Positions 42,950 through 62,244 of a DNA stretch of 64,000 nucleotides are shown here, piece by piece. The position numbers were made by a program, and so were the translations under genes. The first letter of the stretch is position 1. The number at the start of each line of letters is the position of its first letter. The stretch is from Eledone cirrhosa (Eukaryota), in contig OZ024747.1 of the NCBI GenBank assembly GCA_964016885.1, positions 41,230,001 through 41,294,000 of the forward strand, read 5' to 3'. The notes under the pieces are model-generated. The model saw nothing but the letters and a program-made list of their open reading frames with translations, did no database searches and was not told where the DNA came from.

Positions 42950-43090
42950 GCATAGAGTTACGGCCCTTATCATTCTGAGTTCAAATCCCGCCGAGGTTAA
43001 CTTTGCCTTTCATCCTTACGGGGTCGATAAAATAAAGTACCAGTAATGTACTGGGTAATTGCTGGCCTTGTGCCAAAAGTAGAAACAATT
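42950..43090 (+). mobile_element. tRNA-derived SINE, 5'-truncated, abutting a truncated HHR
   Basis: Reverse complement of the 23830 copy; follows CTGATGA...GAAACCACTG at 42902-42945. Confidence 0.85.
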
Positions 43091-43109
43091 ATATATATAT
43101 ATATCATAT

Positions 43110-46080
43110 ATCATCATCATCATCATCATCATCATTTTACATCCGCTTTTACCTGCTTGCAAGGGTGGGACGGGTCTTATTCAGCAGAGCATCTCTCCAC
43201 TTGTGACGGTCCTTCGTCATCTCCACCTGGTCTGTTCTCACCACCTCCGCCCATGTTTTTCGTGGTCTATCTCTACCGCGTCTTCCTTCAACTGGTATTT
43301 CCTGGCACTTCTTCACCCATCGGTCATCCTCCATGCGCATCACATGTCCATACCTCCTCAGTCTCCTCTCTCGCACACTACATTCTATGCCTCTCAGACA
43401 CAGTTTCTCTCTCAACACATCCACGCTGGGTCGTTCACGCACATTGACACTGCACATCCAACGGAGCATGCTTGCATCATTTCTCTCCAGCCGTAGCATA
43501 TCCTCTGCAGTTGCCGCCCACGTCTCACTACCATGCAGTATCGCGCTCCTCACACAGGCATCATATAACCGGCCTTTCGTACGCAGGGAGAAACCCTTCT
43601 TCGTCAGCAGAGGAAGCAGCTCCCTAAACTTCTTCCAACCGTCCTTATTCTAGATACTATGGCCTCGGAACACCCCCCTCCCATGCTAATCTGATCTCCA
43701 AGGTACCGGAAGCTATCTACCACTTCTATAGCACTGCCTGCATTTGAAAGATGTGTCTATCAATGCGACTTCTACTGTCTAATTTCCCTGTACATCTACT
43801 GCATACATATTTCTCCCTACCTGTTAGTTTACCAGCTATCCCGCTCCATCTCTTGTGCACCCAGGATCTGCATTGTGTGCATTTTATAGAATTTATGCCA
43901 GTTCCTTTTCTGCATATCGAATATGGCCATTTCCCTGACGGAATCAGAGTTTTGTCCTCTTTTCTACTCATCAACACTTTTGTCTTAGCTAGTTTACTCG
44001 CAGTCCTCTTGATTCCAACTGCTGTTTCCATAGCCAGAATTTATTCTCTAGCTCCTCTACTGATTCTGCTATAAGAACCAAATCGTCAGCATAGAGAAGT
44101 TCCCATGGGCAGCCAGTCTTAAACTCATCTGTTATGGCTTGGATGACTATAATGAACAAGAGCGGGCTGACTACCGAACCTTGATGTACACCTACTTGTA
44201 TCTCGAATTCCTCACTAAACTCCATTCCTACTCTGACTTTACTGACAGTACCTCTGTACAAAGTTTGCACTGTCCTCACAAGCCATTCCTCAACACCTAG
44301 TTTTCTTAGGGACCACTAGATGACAGATCAGGGTACCCTATCAAAGGCCTTCTCTAGGTCAACAAGGGATAAGTATAGTGGCTTATTCTTCTCTATGAAC
44401 CTCTCTTGTAATTGTCTCACCAAGAAGAGGCCATCTGTTGTACTCTTCCCAGGCACAAAACCAAACTGCATCTCATCTAGTTTGACCCTTTCTCTAATTA
44501 GTTGTGCTAATATCCTTTCTGCCACTTTCATAACCTGATCCATCAGTTTTATACCCCTATAATTGCTCCTCTCCAGAGCATCCCCTTTACCTTTGTAGCA
44601 ATTTATGAGAATACTGCTGCACCAGTCTTTGTGTATGACACCACCATATATAGCTTGATTAATGATGCGTGCAACTAGTTTAGTGCCTACTTCTCCTGAT
44701 GCCTTCAGCATCTCAGCAACTATCCCCGACGGTCCAGCAGCCTTACCATTCTTCATTTCCTTAATTGTCTCTGTACCCTATATTCGTCAATCATAATAGC
44801 AGGTCCCTCTGTCGGGTCTACTGGGGGTAATTCTTCTCTCTCCCATTCGTTCTCTACATTCATCAGTCTCTCATAATGACATTTCCAGGCCTCCTTCTTT
44901 TGATCATTTGTGACACAAAATACACCGGCATCATTCCGGACACACTTATCTCCAACAACATTCTGATTTGCATTGACACACTGCCTTGCAATGCGGAACA
45001 CTGCACGTCTCTGATCTTCCCGTCGCAGAACATTGGCAAATCTCCTACTCTCAGCCTCCCTGCGTGCTAAGTACACCTGACCTCACTCCTTCTTCATTTC
45101 TTGAGCCGTAACCGTGCCGACCATGTACCTCAGTGTATCCATCCTGGAGCTGTCCAACATGTCCATTGAAGTCCCCTGCTAGCATAACGACGTCTCTGTC
45201 GTCTGTAATTGATGCTGTCTGTAAAAGTTGCTCGTAAAAGCAGTCTTTCTCTTCTTTACCTAGGCCTGCCTGGGGAGCATATGCAGAGACGATTGTCAGT
45301 AGTCTCTTGCCTACAACTAACCTAAGCTTAATTATTCTATTACTAACTTTAACTACCTCTGTTGTCTTATTGATCCATCTCTCAGCCAGTAAAATGCCCA
45401 CCCCACCTAACCCATCACCATTACCCACCCAGAATAGTTTATAACTAAGTTGTTTGCCTGCGATTAGTCTTACAGAGGCACCTCTCCATCTCACCACTTG
45501 CACACAGAATACATCCACATGTCTTCTCTCCAGCATCTCCGCTATCTCACCAGATCTACCTGTTAGAGTGCCAACATTAAGTGTGGCAACTCTGAGATGC
45601 GACGTCTCGTTCTTTTTACTGTTGTGTGATTGCCTGATGACGGTTGTGGGGCTCTCACACATGGCCTCACTAGCCACCCCACTACTGTGCGCAGCCCTAA
45701 CATGGTTAGTGTTATTGCTGTTTACGCAGTTCTTTTTGTGCGATTGCTTGATGACGGTCGGGGGGTTCTCGCATATGGCCGCACCAGCCACCCCACTACC
45801 GTGCGCAGCCCTAACATGGTTAGTGTTATTGCTGTTGACGCAGTTGTTGCAAATTTCATTCGTTGTGTTCACAGTTTTTGGCAGTAGTATATACACTGGT
45901 TGGATGCCCTTCCTAACACCAGCACCATTTTACAGCATGGACTAGGTGCTTTTCGTGCCACCAACAATAAAGAGATCGTCTTACTGGATTCAGGGGCCCT
46001 ATCCACCCCTCCATTTTACAGCATGGACTGAGTGCTTTTATTCGTGCCACCAGCACTAGGGAAGTTGTTACTGGACTTAG
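43110..46080 (-). mobile_element. RTE-clade LINE (APE endonuclease + RT), frameshifted, with internal deletion near 45080
   Basis: ATLNVGTL, SAYAPQ, AGDFNGHVG, NYRGIKLM, QFGFVPG, DLEKAFDRVP, GVHQGS, LLYADD, LHGSETW; (ATG)n tail 43110-43134; 120-bp tandem duplication at ~45615-45850. Confidence 0.93.
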
Positions 46081-46098
46081 GGGATTTCTCTATATATA

Positions 46099-46189
<91 letters not shown>

Positions 46190-46204
46190 TTAATATATAT
46201 AAAT

Positions 46205-46252
<48 letters not shown>

Positions 46253-46462
46253 GTATATATATATATAGCAATAATAATAAATTTAAAACTTTAATCTGTT
46301 ATTTTAATAAATATATATATATATCATATATATTATATATATATCATATATATATAATATATATATATATTTATATCATATTGGAAATTCACTGGATAGT
46401 GAATTTCCAACCGATAAGGTATGATTTTCATGGGTATGTCTCTATTTATAAAACAAATTTTG

Positions 46463-46525
46463 TATTTTATCTGATGAAATCGTATCAATGTGTCTTGGTA
46501 CCCTTGAAATATATATAATAAAATA
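46463..46525 (+). ncRNA. Type I hammerhead motif in a solo terminal repeat
   Basis: TATTTTAT-CTGATGA-AATCGTATCAA...TTGGTACCCTT-GAA-ATATATAT-A-ATAAAATA. Confidence 0.72.
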
Positions 46526-46659
46526 AATATGGTTTTATAAATATAGTTTCCATTTATTTAATATCATTGAATATTTACTCCAGTAAACTGTTGAGTGCTT
46601 TAAATCAGTTATAAACATTTATATTTGTTGGACTTCCAACAAATTAAATACCCCTTCTA

Positions 46660-46754
<95 letters not shown>

Positions 46755-46974
46755 CAGAGCAAACATCACGGACGCTCTATCTCAAAATTATTTTTGAAAA
46801 GCATTTAGAAATGCGCAACCGGTAAAACTTAAAACCAAAACTGAATACTAACCAATACAATTACTAATTCTCATTTATTCCTAATTAAACTATTTTTCAC
46901 TGTGAACAATTTGTCAGCATTTTCTATTCCGTTTACCAATATATATATATATATATATAAATATATATATATGT

Positions 46975-49315
46975 AGGAGGTGAGTTTTATTGTAGTACAA
47001 TATTTTTAACCAACATAACTTAAAAATTGAATTTGATAACAGCATCAAACTAGCTAATTTCTTGGATGTATCTCTTAATCTTGACACTGGCCTATATTAC
47101 CCTTACCATAAAAACAATGAGAACCTAAATTATGTTAATTTTAGATCTAACCACCCCACTAATATTAAGAATGCTATAGTTAGTAATATTGGAAAAAGAA
47201 TATCTAACCTATCTTCTAATACAAATATCTTTGATGCTAACGCCAATTACTATAATAACGCGCTTTCTAAAGCCGGCTATCCTGATAAAATCAAATATAG
47301 TAAAGAAACAAATTCTAGAAGATCTTACAGTAGAATAATTAATCATGATCATTCCAATAACTTTAATAAAAGACCTAGATACAAAAACATAATCTGGTAT
47401 AATGCTCCTTTCTCAATCTCTATTAATAATAATATTCCTAAATTATTCTTTAGTGCCTTAAATAAATGCTTCCCTCCCTCATATATCTATAGTAAAATAT
47501 TTAACAAACACACTATAAAATTTTCCTATTCGACATCCTCCAACATTTCCAACATTATCTCTAAACACAACAATAAAATACTAAATACTAAATCTCTTCC
47601 TTCCAACACTGAATATCATAATAATAGTAATAGTACTCCCGACGTCATTGTAAACTCTAGGCTAATTTCTGCAAACCCAAATACAACGTCAAACACAACT
47701 TCGCTAAATGTTCTTGATCCCATTCTAAATCAAGAAACTATTATTCCTATCGCAAATAACTTCTCCAATCCAATTCCTTCTATAGATAACGCTAGGTCAC
47801 TCGTTAATAATCTCTCTAATCGCAATTGCAATTGCCCTGTTAAAAATAAATGTCCTCTCAACAACCATTGTCTTGATAAAAACTTAATCTACGAATGTAA
47901 AGTTATAACTGACACCAATTCCTTCACCTATTTTGGCTCCACTTCCACCTCCTTTAAAGCTCGTCTTTATAATCATCATTCGTCTTTTAAATACCAACTT
48001 AAAAGAACCAACACGGCTCTCTCAGAACTCATATGGTCCTTGAAAGACAAAAATATTAAATATAACATCTCTTGGAAAAAGGTTGCTTCTGCTTCGCTAT
48101 ACTTGAACAGTTCTCTATCCAAGACTTGCAATCTCTGTCTAAATGAAAAATTTACCATTATATCTAATTTAGATTCTATAATAAATAGACGCACTGACTT
48201 GTTTTCTCTCTTCTGCTTGCATAAATTCCACAGAACATTCCATAAAGTCTACAGCTAATATCCAATACTTTATCAATTTAGAATCCTTTTCTATATATAT
48301 ATACTTCTTTAAAAATATACCCATCTTTCTACCTTATTTCAAAGTTATTTATTATACATTATATAATACTTGTTACTCATTCTATATCACTCCTATTTAT
48401 CACTTCCCTTTCTTCCTTTTCCTTTTCTTTTCTTTTTCTTTTAATTTCTAACCCCTAATCTGTACCTTTTCTCACTGTGCCTAACATTGAAACAATTATT
48501 ACACAATACAATATATTCTTACTTTATATCACCTTGAAAAAATCCTTCGTAAACATAAACATTTTTTTTACGTTAGATTATTCATCCTCAATTCATTATT
48601 TTTTTCTCCCTTTCATCTAACTTACTCATGTTCATCTCACAATATATCCTTACTTACATTACTTGTTGTTTTTTTTAATAATACATATCAACATTTTCTT
48701 CCCATCGCACATATTATTAAACCCTTAAATATTATTCTTAATACATATTAACATTTTCTTTCCATCGCACATATTATTAAACCCTTAAATATTATTCTTA
48801 ATACATATTAACATTTTTTTTTCATCGCACATATTATTAAACCCTTCAATATACAAACCTTAACTTTACATTATTTTTTTCTCTTCGTTAATTTTCAAAT
48901 TCTTTTAATTTATACATTATCTTCCAACGGTTTTTCAACCTCTCTATGTAAAACAATATATGTTTCTCAGTTATAAAAGCTATCTCTCTCTCTCTATCAC
49001 CCATCTCTCCTCCTATCTCATCCTTCCTCATTATAGTCCTCCCCCTCCACTTTTTACTCTCATCTCCTCCTCTTTTTCATCCTTTCCAACCTCCCCCCCC
49101 CCTCAAAAAAATTTCTTCCCAATATCACACATCAATCTAAAACTACTTTTCATATGTTGATTTAAAACTGCACTATTCACAAGTGTTTTTTAACCTTCAT
49201 ATCATGTCTTCCTATTTTATCTGATGAAAACACAAATATTATTGCATGATGATATTTGTTTTTGAAATGCGCATAATAAAATACATGGAACTCTTTTAAC
49301 CATCTTTTGATCTTA
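46975..49315 (+). mobile_element. 5'-truncated PLE (Hydra-like) with 398-aa open C-terminal ORF
   Basis: ORF 47062-48258: DVSLNLDTG, WYNAPF, CNCPVKNKCPLNNHC, YFGSTSTSFKARLYNH, CNLCLNEK, CLH; 60-bp x3 tandem at ~48680-48850; HHR at 49213-49283; related 3' region at 54300-55118. Confidence 0.92.
49213..49283 (+). ncRNA. Type I hammerhead motif
   Basis: TATTTTAT-CTGATGA-AAACACAAATATT...GATATTTGTTTTT-GAA-ATGCGCAT-A-ATAAAATA; further copies at 60744-60814 (-) and, core-mutated, 55013-55083. Confidence 0.8.
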
Positions 49316-49320
49316 TATAT

Positions 49321-49379
<59 letters not shown>

Positions 49380-49913
49380 GGTATATAAGATATATATATA
49401 TACATGATATATAAGATATATATATATATATATATATATCGAGTAAAAAAAAAAGTTCATATAAGACTCCGTAAGTTCATTAAATAAATAAATCTCGCTA
49501 CCTCTTTTTTCAATTTACCATTTTGCAATTAAATATTTTTAATTTAATTTAATTTCATCCTATAACTCGCAACATAAGTTTAACGTTCCAATCTTCAGTT
49601 CACACATTAGACCATACAGACACTCATTATAGATTCTTTGGGTAGCATTTTTTTCGCGGCATTTTCTAACATGAATGTAGTTTGACCCTTACACTACACT
49701 TCTTTCTCCCTTTCTTTCTTTTTTCCCCTTCTTCTTTGACGGAGTGGTGGTAGCGCATTATAAGCCTTCGCCCCCTCACCAGATATTCATTGCTAGTTTT
49801 CAGTTGCCAACACTTTGAGGGCGGCTGGCTGAGAAGCTAGTTGGTCAGCCGTCCTCTCTGTCTCTGATTTTTTCGGATCCATGGCTTTTTACATATTCCT
49901 TTGTTATATTCCA

Positions 49914-49971
49914 ATACCTGATGATATCACCGGATTCATATGGAACCCGGTCATTGAAATGATCATAGTAT
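49914..49971 (+). ncRNA. Type I hammerhead motif in a ~580-bp TA-flanked non-coding element (49440-50022)
   Basis: ATAC-CTGATGA-TATCACCGG...CCGGTCATT-GAA-ATGATCAT-A-GTAT then AATAAA; 13-bp GC-rich hairpin upstream at 49817-49856. Confidence 0.72.
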
Positions 49972-50017
49972 AATAAACCTTTCAAGGATTTACACCAGTC
50001 CAGCCTCCTGTTATTTC

Positions 50018-50092
<75 letters not shown>

Positions 50093-50143
50093 TATATTTA
50101 TATGGTATATTTATATTTATATATATATCTGTAATATATATAT

Positions 50144-50864
50144 CTGTAATAGGATAAATATAGTTACACAATGTAACTATCGAGAATTCATTACGTCATC
50201 AGGGAGTCTATTCTCAGCTAAGTTCCCAGGCAATGCGCGGACACTAGGAACTCATATAAAAATAATAATTCAGTGGATGTAATAAGCTAGCGGGGACTAA
50301 ATTCCATAGCACTGAAGAAGTTCACTGCCTCTGGTCAGTGGTGTATTCTAAAGAATCAATCACGTGACACTGATGTTAGTCAGTTAGGAGTGGGGTGGTA
50401 TTATGACAAAGCCTACTACTACTACTATAAATTAGCAGTAGATTTGGCAAGTTTGCTCAACAAATAATTTGGAGATAAATATATAGAATTAATACATCTA
50501 CTAACATATGCGTACAGTAGTAGGCTTTGTCATAATACCACCCCACTCCTAACTGACTAACCTCAGTGTCACGTGATTGATTCTTTAGAATACACCACTG
50601 ACCAGAGGCAGTGAACTTCTTCAGTGCTACGGAATTTAGTCCCCGCTAGCTTATTACATCCACTGAATTATTAATTTTATGAGTTCCTAGTGTCCGCGCA
50701 TTGCCTGGGAACTTAGCTGAGAATAGACTCCCTGATGACGTAATGAATTCTTGATAGTTACATTGTGTAACTATATTTATCCCATTACAGAAACTAATTA
50801 GTTGGTGTGAAAATTTTAGTAAGTAAGTTAAATTTTAATTTTTAATATTTTCTTATTTTACGTC

Positions 50865-50868
<4 letters not shown>
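50144..50868 (+). mobile_element. TA-flanked non-coding element with ~275-bp inverted arms
   Basis: 50144-50422 inverts ~50515-50790; HHR at 50727-50808. Confidence 0.8.
50727..50808 (+). ncRNA. Type I hammerhead motif with ~50-nt stem II
   Basis: ACTCC-CTGATGA-CGTAATG...CATTACA-GAA-ACTAATTAGT-T-GGTGT; 10-nt palindromic stem III. Confidence 0.65.
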
Positions 50869-54157
<3,289 letters not shown>

Positions 54158-54234
54158 TATATATATATATATATATATGGTATATATATATATATATATA
54201 TATATGGTATATATATATATATATATATATATGG

Positions 54235-54301
<67 letters not shown>

Positions 54302-55113
54302 GGGGTGATTTTTACCGTAGCACAATAAAGCAATGCAAATATCGTAGCACTCCACAGTTTATAGGACTGGAGTATAAATGTCTTGACGTTATATTTTTTC
54401 TCCCTTAAATTTTCCTCTTTCTTCTCTCCTTCCGTGCTCGTATTAAACCTATTATTTACTTTTTCATATTACAATACATAAAAACAAACTTAAACCCTAA
54501 CTAATTCCTCTAAGTTCATAATTCATTTAATTTCTTCTTCATTCACCTTATATCCTTAATATTTTTATTTTAATAGTACATATTAATAAATTCCTTTTCG
54601 CACATATTATTAAACCCTTCAATACATGAACCTTAAATAAATACCATTCTTAATTCCTTTTTCTCTTTAATCATAAACATCACCATTCATAAACCTCATT
54701 AACTATTAATTTCAAAATTTTTTTTAAATTATGTATTGTCTCACAACGGTTTATTTTTTCTGAGACAGTGTTTCTCAGTATTAAATGCTATCTCTCTCTC
54801 TCTCTCTCACTCATTTGTCCTCCTCTCTCATCCTTCCTTCTTATACTCCTCCCCCGTCATCCTTTATTTTCTTTCTTCCTCTTCCTTACCTTTTCCTTCC
54901 GCCCTCCTCCTTTTTTTCCAAATCTCATATATCCATCTTACTTTATTTTTCATATGTTGATTTAACACTTCACTGCTCGCAAGTGTTTTTTAAGCTTCAT
55001 ATCATGTCCTCATATTTTATCTGATTAGAACGCAAATATCATCCCATGATGATATTTGTTTTTGAAATGAGCATAATAAAATACATGGAACTCTTTTAAC
55101 CATCTTTTAATCT

Positions 55114-55181
<68 letters not shown>

Positions 55182-55199
55182 TATATTTATATATATATG

Positions 55200-57108
55200 A
55201 GCAATGTTGAATTCCGTGGGATTGATACCACTGAGCTGGGACTCCTACTTAAACTTACCTATAGTAATAATTATCTAGATACATATGGCCTTAGCAACCT
55301 GTGCCCTACAAGACCAGCAAGAGGCAGACCACCTACCATTACCTCAATGGCCAATAGAAAACCCACACAGATAGATGGAACGGGTGGACCAGAGTCATAC
55401 GGACCCCCGAAAACCACGATGAACTAAAGAAAATGATTGCACATGCGGTGGGGGCCAGCATAAAATTAACCCTTAAGGAACATATGTTCAAATTTAATTG
55501 AAAAACATATGCCCAAGAGGAGGGAGCATCCATTGGTGTTAACATTGCAAGCGACATAGCTAACCTATTCATGGTATGGTGGGACAATAGACTTAAACTT
55601 AAAGAACAATTAGAAGACCCCTTAAACCTGATAATTTACTCCCGCTACGTTGATGATATAAACATCGTAGTAAAAACACCCCCACTAGAGAACAGTCAGG
55701 AATTAGAGAAAAACACCATGGAAAGCATCCAGCAAACAGCTAACTCCATCCACCAGAGTATTAGAGTTACTATAGACTACCCAAGCAAACACCCCAACCA
55801 TCGATTACCTGTACTAGACACAGAGCTCTGGTTAGATACCATTAATAACAAAAAACAAATCCTCCATTCCCATTATGCCAAACCCATGACTTCCAAATAT
55901 CTGATCCACCGAAACTCAGCTGTTTCGGACCATACCAAAATCAACATACTGATTGCGGATTTGGTACGTGTCCCGCATGTGCAACCCAAAAGAACTAGAG
56001 AGACACATACAACACTTCATCCACCGTATTCAGTTCTCTGGTTACAATCAGAGAGATAAAACCAGAGTATATAGAGGAGCCAGAACCAAATGGGAAAAAA
56101 TGGTAAATAATGACACAAATGGGACCTGCCCCTTGTATAGGAGTAAATTTTAGAATAGAATAGAAAGAACTAGGAATAAGGTTAATAGAATAAACTCATG
56201 GTATGATAGCAATAAATACCAGAGTGTAATGTTCATCGATACAACCCCTAGAGGTGAATTAGCTTACAAATTTAGAAGGGCCCTAGATAAACATAAACTC
56301 AATATTAAGATTGTAGAAAGACCAGGTACCTCCATAAAAACACTTATTAGCAATACATACCCTTTTCAAAGACCTCCCTGTATAGATAAGACATGTATAA
56401 TCTGTAAATTAAGCCCCCATATTAACTGTAAAACTAGAAATGTAGTATATAGCATAAGATGTACTGAAGGACAATGTAGAGATAATAATATAGTGTACAT
56501 AGGTGAGACAGCTCGTAGTATAGGGGAAGGGGTAAATGAACACTGGCGAGACCTTCAAGATAGTAAAGAATCATCTGTACTCTACCAACATGCTAAAATA
56601 GAACATAAGGGTAAATTAGAGAACATAGAAATAAAAATAGAATCTACACACAGAAAAGACGCAATGTTTAGACAAATCACAGATGCAATAAACATAAATG
56701 AACTCCAACCAAAATTAAATAGAAAACATGAATGAAACAGCAACATCACAACTTACAATTAAGGACAAAATGAAAACACACACGCACATAGAACGAACAA
56801 CCAACCAGTAACATGTAAATAAACAAATAAATAAACAAATATAAACACACACAGGCACCCGGATGTAACACATGCGCAAACTAAGCACACAACACACACA
56901 AAAACAAGATGGCGTAGGACAGAACAAAGGAGAGGCAGAAAAACAAAGAAAAGAATCCCCAGTCACTAAAGAGGTCACAGAATGTGTGACGAAAGAACTT
57001 TGACAATATATAAACAATCATCTGGTTGTGGAACCAACCAACCGGAAATTTATAAATTCCTAAATTTATAAATTTATTATAATAAATTGAAGTGAAAGCA
57101 ACTGGTGC

Positions 57109-57110
<2 letters not shown>
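55200..57110 (+). mobile_element. 5'-truncated PLE (CCHH type, Nematis/Neptune-like), frameshifted
   Basis: QEEGASIG, YSRYVDDINIV, LPVLD, CIDKTCIIC, NCKTRNVVYSIRC, YIGETARS, NEH, LYQH; 3' repeat has a core-mutated HHR at 56962-57004. Confidence 0.9.
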
Positions 57111-58379
<1,269 letters not shown>

Positions 58380-58380
<1 letters not shown>

Positions 58381-59533
58381 CTCTTTTACTCTTTTACCTG
58401 TTTCAGCCATCCGGCTGAGGCCATGCTGGGGCACCGCCCTTGTTGCTACACATTTTATCTCCAGCCTGTATAGGTTGGCCACTGGTGTAGGAGGGAGTTT
58501 GTTGCTGCTGCCCTTAGGTTTCCCTCGTGTCTTGCTGTGGGCTCATCCGGGATCCTGGATAACAAGGTGTCGAGATGTTTCTTAAAGACATCCACCTCCA
58601 CGTCATGCAAGTCTCGCAGATGCCTCGGCAGCCTGTTGAAGAGTTGAGGGCCCTTGAATCCCAGGCTATTGCAATACCTGCTCCTTATTCTAGATGTGGA
58701 AGACGGGACCTTTGGCACCACACAGTGACGTCCTGTTCGACGGTTGGTCCAGCTCCCAATGCCAAAGTTTGGTGCTAGTCCCTCCAGGATTTTCCACATG
58801 TAGATCACTGCGTATCTCTCCCGTCTTCGCTCCAAGGAGTAGAGGTTCAGTTCCTTCAGCCTCTCCCAGTAGCTTGTCTCCCTCATCTTGGAAATCCTCT
58901 TGGTGTAGCTTCGCTGGATTGCCTCAAGCTCTGTGGTTAGTTTGACACTATGGGGTGACCACAGCTGGGAGCAGTAGTCCAGGCGGCTTAGGACAAAAGT
59001 CCTCCACAGTGTCAACATGGTGTCTCGATCTCTTGTAAGGAAAGTCCTCAAGATCCAGCCAGCGAATCGTCTACATGCTGTCGCCACCTTCATGATGTGT
59101 GAAGAAAAAGATGCATCATCGCTCATGTCTATGCCCAGGTCTCGTATCGATTTTGACACGGGGATATCGGTCCCTCCTGGTCCTGTGTAGCTGTGTTCCG
59201 CTATATTTGTGTTTGTGTTTGCAGGTTTGTATTGTAGGGCTTGGAATTTGCCAGCATTAAACTGCATGTTGTTTTCTTCCGCCCATCTGTATATGGCATC
59301 CAGATCCTGCTGTAAGAGGGCAGCGTCAGCCGGGTTTTTGATTGCCTGTGCTACCTTAGTGTCATCAGCATAGCTAGTGAGGGATGTTGTTGCATGTCCG
59401 AGAGAGCCACCAAAAACAGTAGTGGTCCCAGGACTGTCCCCTGAGGCACCCCACTTGTTATCGGTGTTTCCCTCGAGAGGGCCCCATTTGCTGCGACTGC
59501 CTGGCTTCTGTCCCTTAGGAAGCCATGCAGCCA
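58380..59533 (-). mobile_element. 5'-truncated CR1/L2-group LINE
   Basis: [14 protein letters not shown] (alternative frame, frameshift ~59395), SYADDTK, RDLGI, SRLDYCSQLWSP, LYSLERRRER; 3' tail (GTAAAAGA)n. Confidence 0.92.
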
Positions 59534-59549
59534 TATATAATATATATAT

Positions 59550-59631
<82 letters not shown>

Positions 59632-59694
59632 TATATATATATAAATATAATATATATTATATATATATATATATAATATATATAATATATATAT

Positions 59695-60327
59695 ATACAA
59701 ATATATTACACAAATAGAAGTGTGTTACACAGTAAAATGTGTGTAAAGTGAACTGCGGAATACTCTTAACTCCGATCCTTGTACTTAACGAGCTCCAAAT
59801 TGTTGAGCTAATAAATTCGAATGGTTGGGCTGCTCTCTCTAGCATTTTCCCCAATACATGAGAACCGTTATTTGATGTAAATAACACGTGATTTCGCCCT
59901 ACCCTGGGCAGCGTGTATATTAGCTTTCTCTCTATCCATGAGGCTAGATGTGTAGTAAACAGAATTCACATTTGCTGACTGATGAACCTGTGGCTGTTAA
60001 ACTGCACATTTCTGTGGCGAAACGAACTTAATTCGTATCAGCAAACTTATAGTTATAAGATTGGTAATTTAAAACTCTACTTCAGTGATTTGATTCTGAC
60101 TTAGTTTTTTTTTCTATTTAATTGCTAAACCTGTAGATATTGTTTTCTATACAGTAACGGTAAAAACCACTTGTAATAATCCTTTACACACATTTCACTG
60201 TGTAACACACTTCTATGTGTGTAATATATTTGTATCCGAGCTCAGAAGAAAATTCTCTATTCTTCTTTGAGCTAATATTATTATTATTACTGTGAACTGC
60301 GGAATGCTCTTAATTCCGATTCTTGTA

Positions 60328-60331
<4 letters not shown>
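59695..60331 (+). mobile_element. Non-coding retrozyme-like element (544-nt unit) with canonical HHR
   Basis: 40-bp direct repeat at 59748 and 60292; 59695-59748 inverts 60182-60235; flanked by (TA)n. Confidence 0.75.
59971..60045 (+). ncRNA. Type I hammerhead ribozyme motif
   Basis: TTTGCTGA-CTGATGA-(33 nt)-GAA-ACGAA-CTTAA-TTCGT-A-TCAGCAAA; 8-bp stem I, 5-bp stem III, GUA triplet. Confidence 0.8.
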
Positions 60332-60394
<63 letters not shown>

Positions 60395-60419
60395 TATATA
60401 TATTTATTATTACTATATA

Positions 60420-60525
<106 letters not shown>

Positions 60526-60618
60526 ATATATATATATGTAATATATATATATATATATATAATATATAATATATATATATAATATATATATATGTAATAT
60601 ATATATATATAATATATG

Positions 60619-60706
<88 letters not shown>

Positions 60707-60711
60707 ATATA

Positions 60712-61018
60712 TAAGAACAAAAGATGGTTAAATGAGTTCCATGTATTTTATTATGCGCATTTCAAAAACAAATATTATCATGCAATAATATTTGTGTTTT
60801 CATCAGATAAAACAGGAAGACATGATATGAAGGTTAAAAAACACTTGTGGATAGTGCAGTTTTAAATCAACATTTGAAATGCGCATAAAATACATGGAAC
60901 TCCTATAACCATCTTTTATTCTTATATATTATGTATACTCCAGTCCTACAAACTGTAGAGTGCTTCTTATCCGATATTTGCATTGCTTTATTGTACTACA
61001 ATAAAACTCACCTCCTAC
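60712..61018. mobile_element. Rearranged terminal-repeat pieces of the 46975-49315 family, with HHR at 60744-60814 (-)
   Basis: 60712-60875 inverts ~49152-49315; 60874-60925 is a direct copy of its end; 60935-61018 inverts ~54298-54375. Confidence 0.75.
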
Positions 61019-61021
61019 ATA

Positions 61022-62240
<1,219 letters not shown>

Positions 62241-62244
<4 letters not shown>

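Noticed and set aside
48680-48850. CRISPR-like regular repeats
   Set aside because: Head-to-tail 60-bp tandem with no unique spacers; eukaryotic context and no cas genes.
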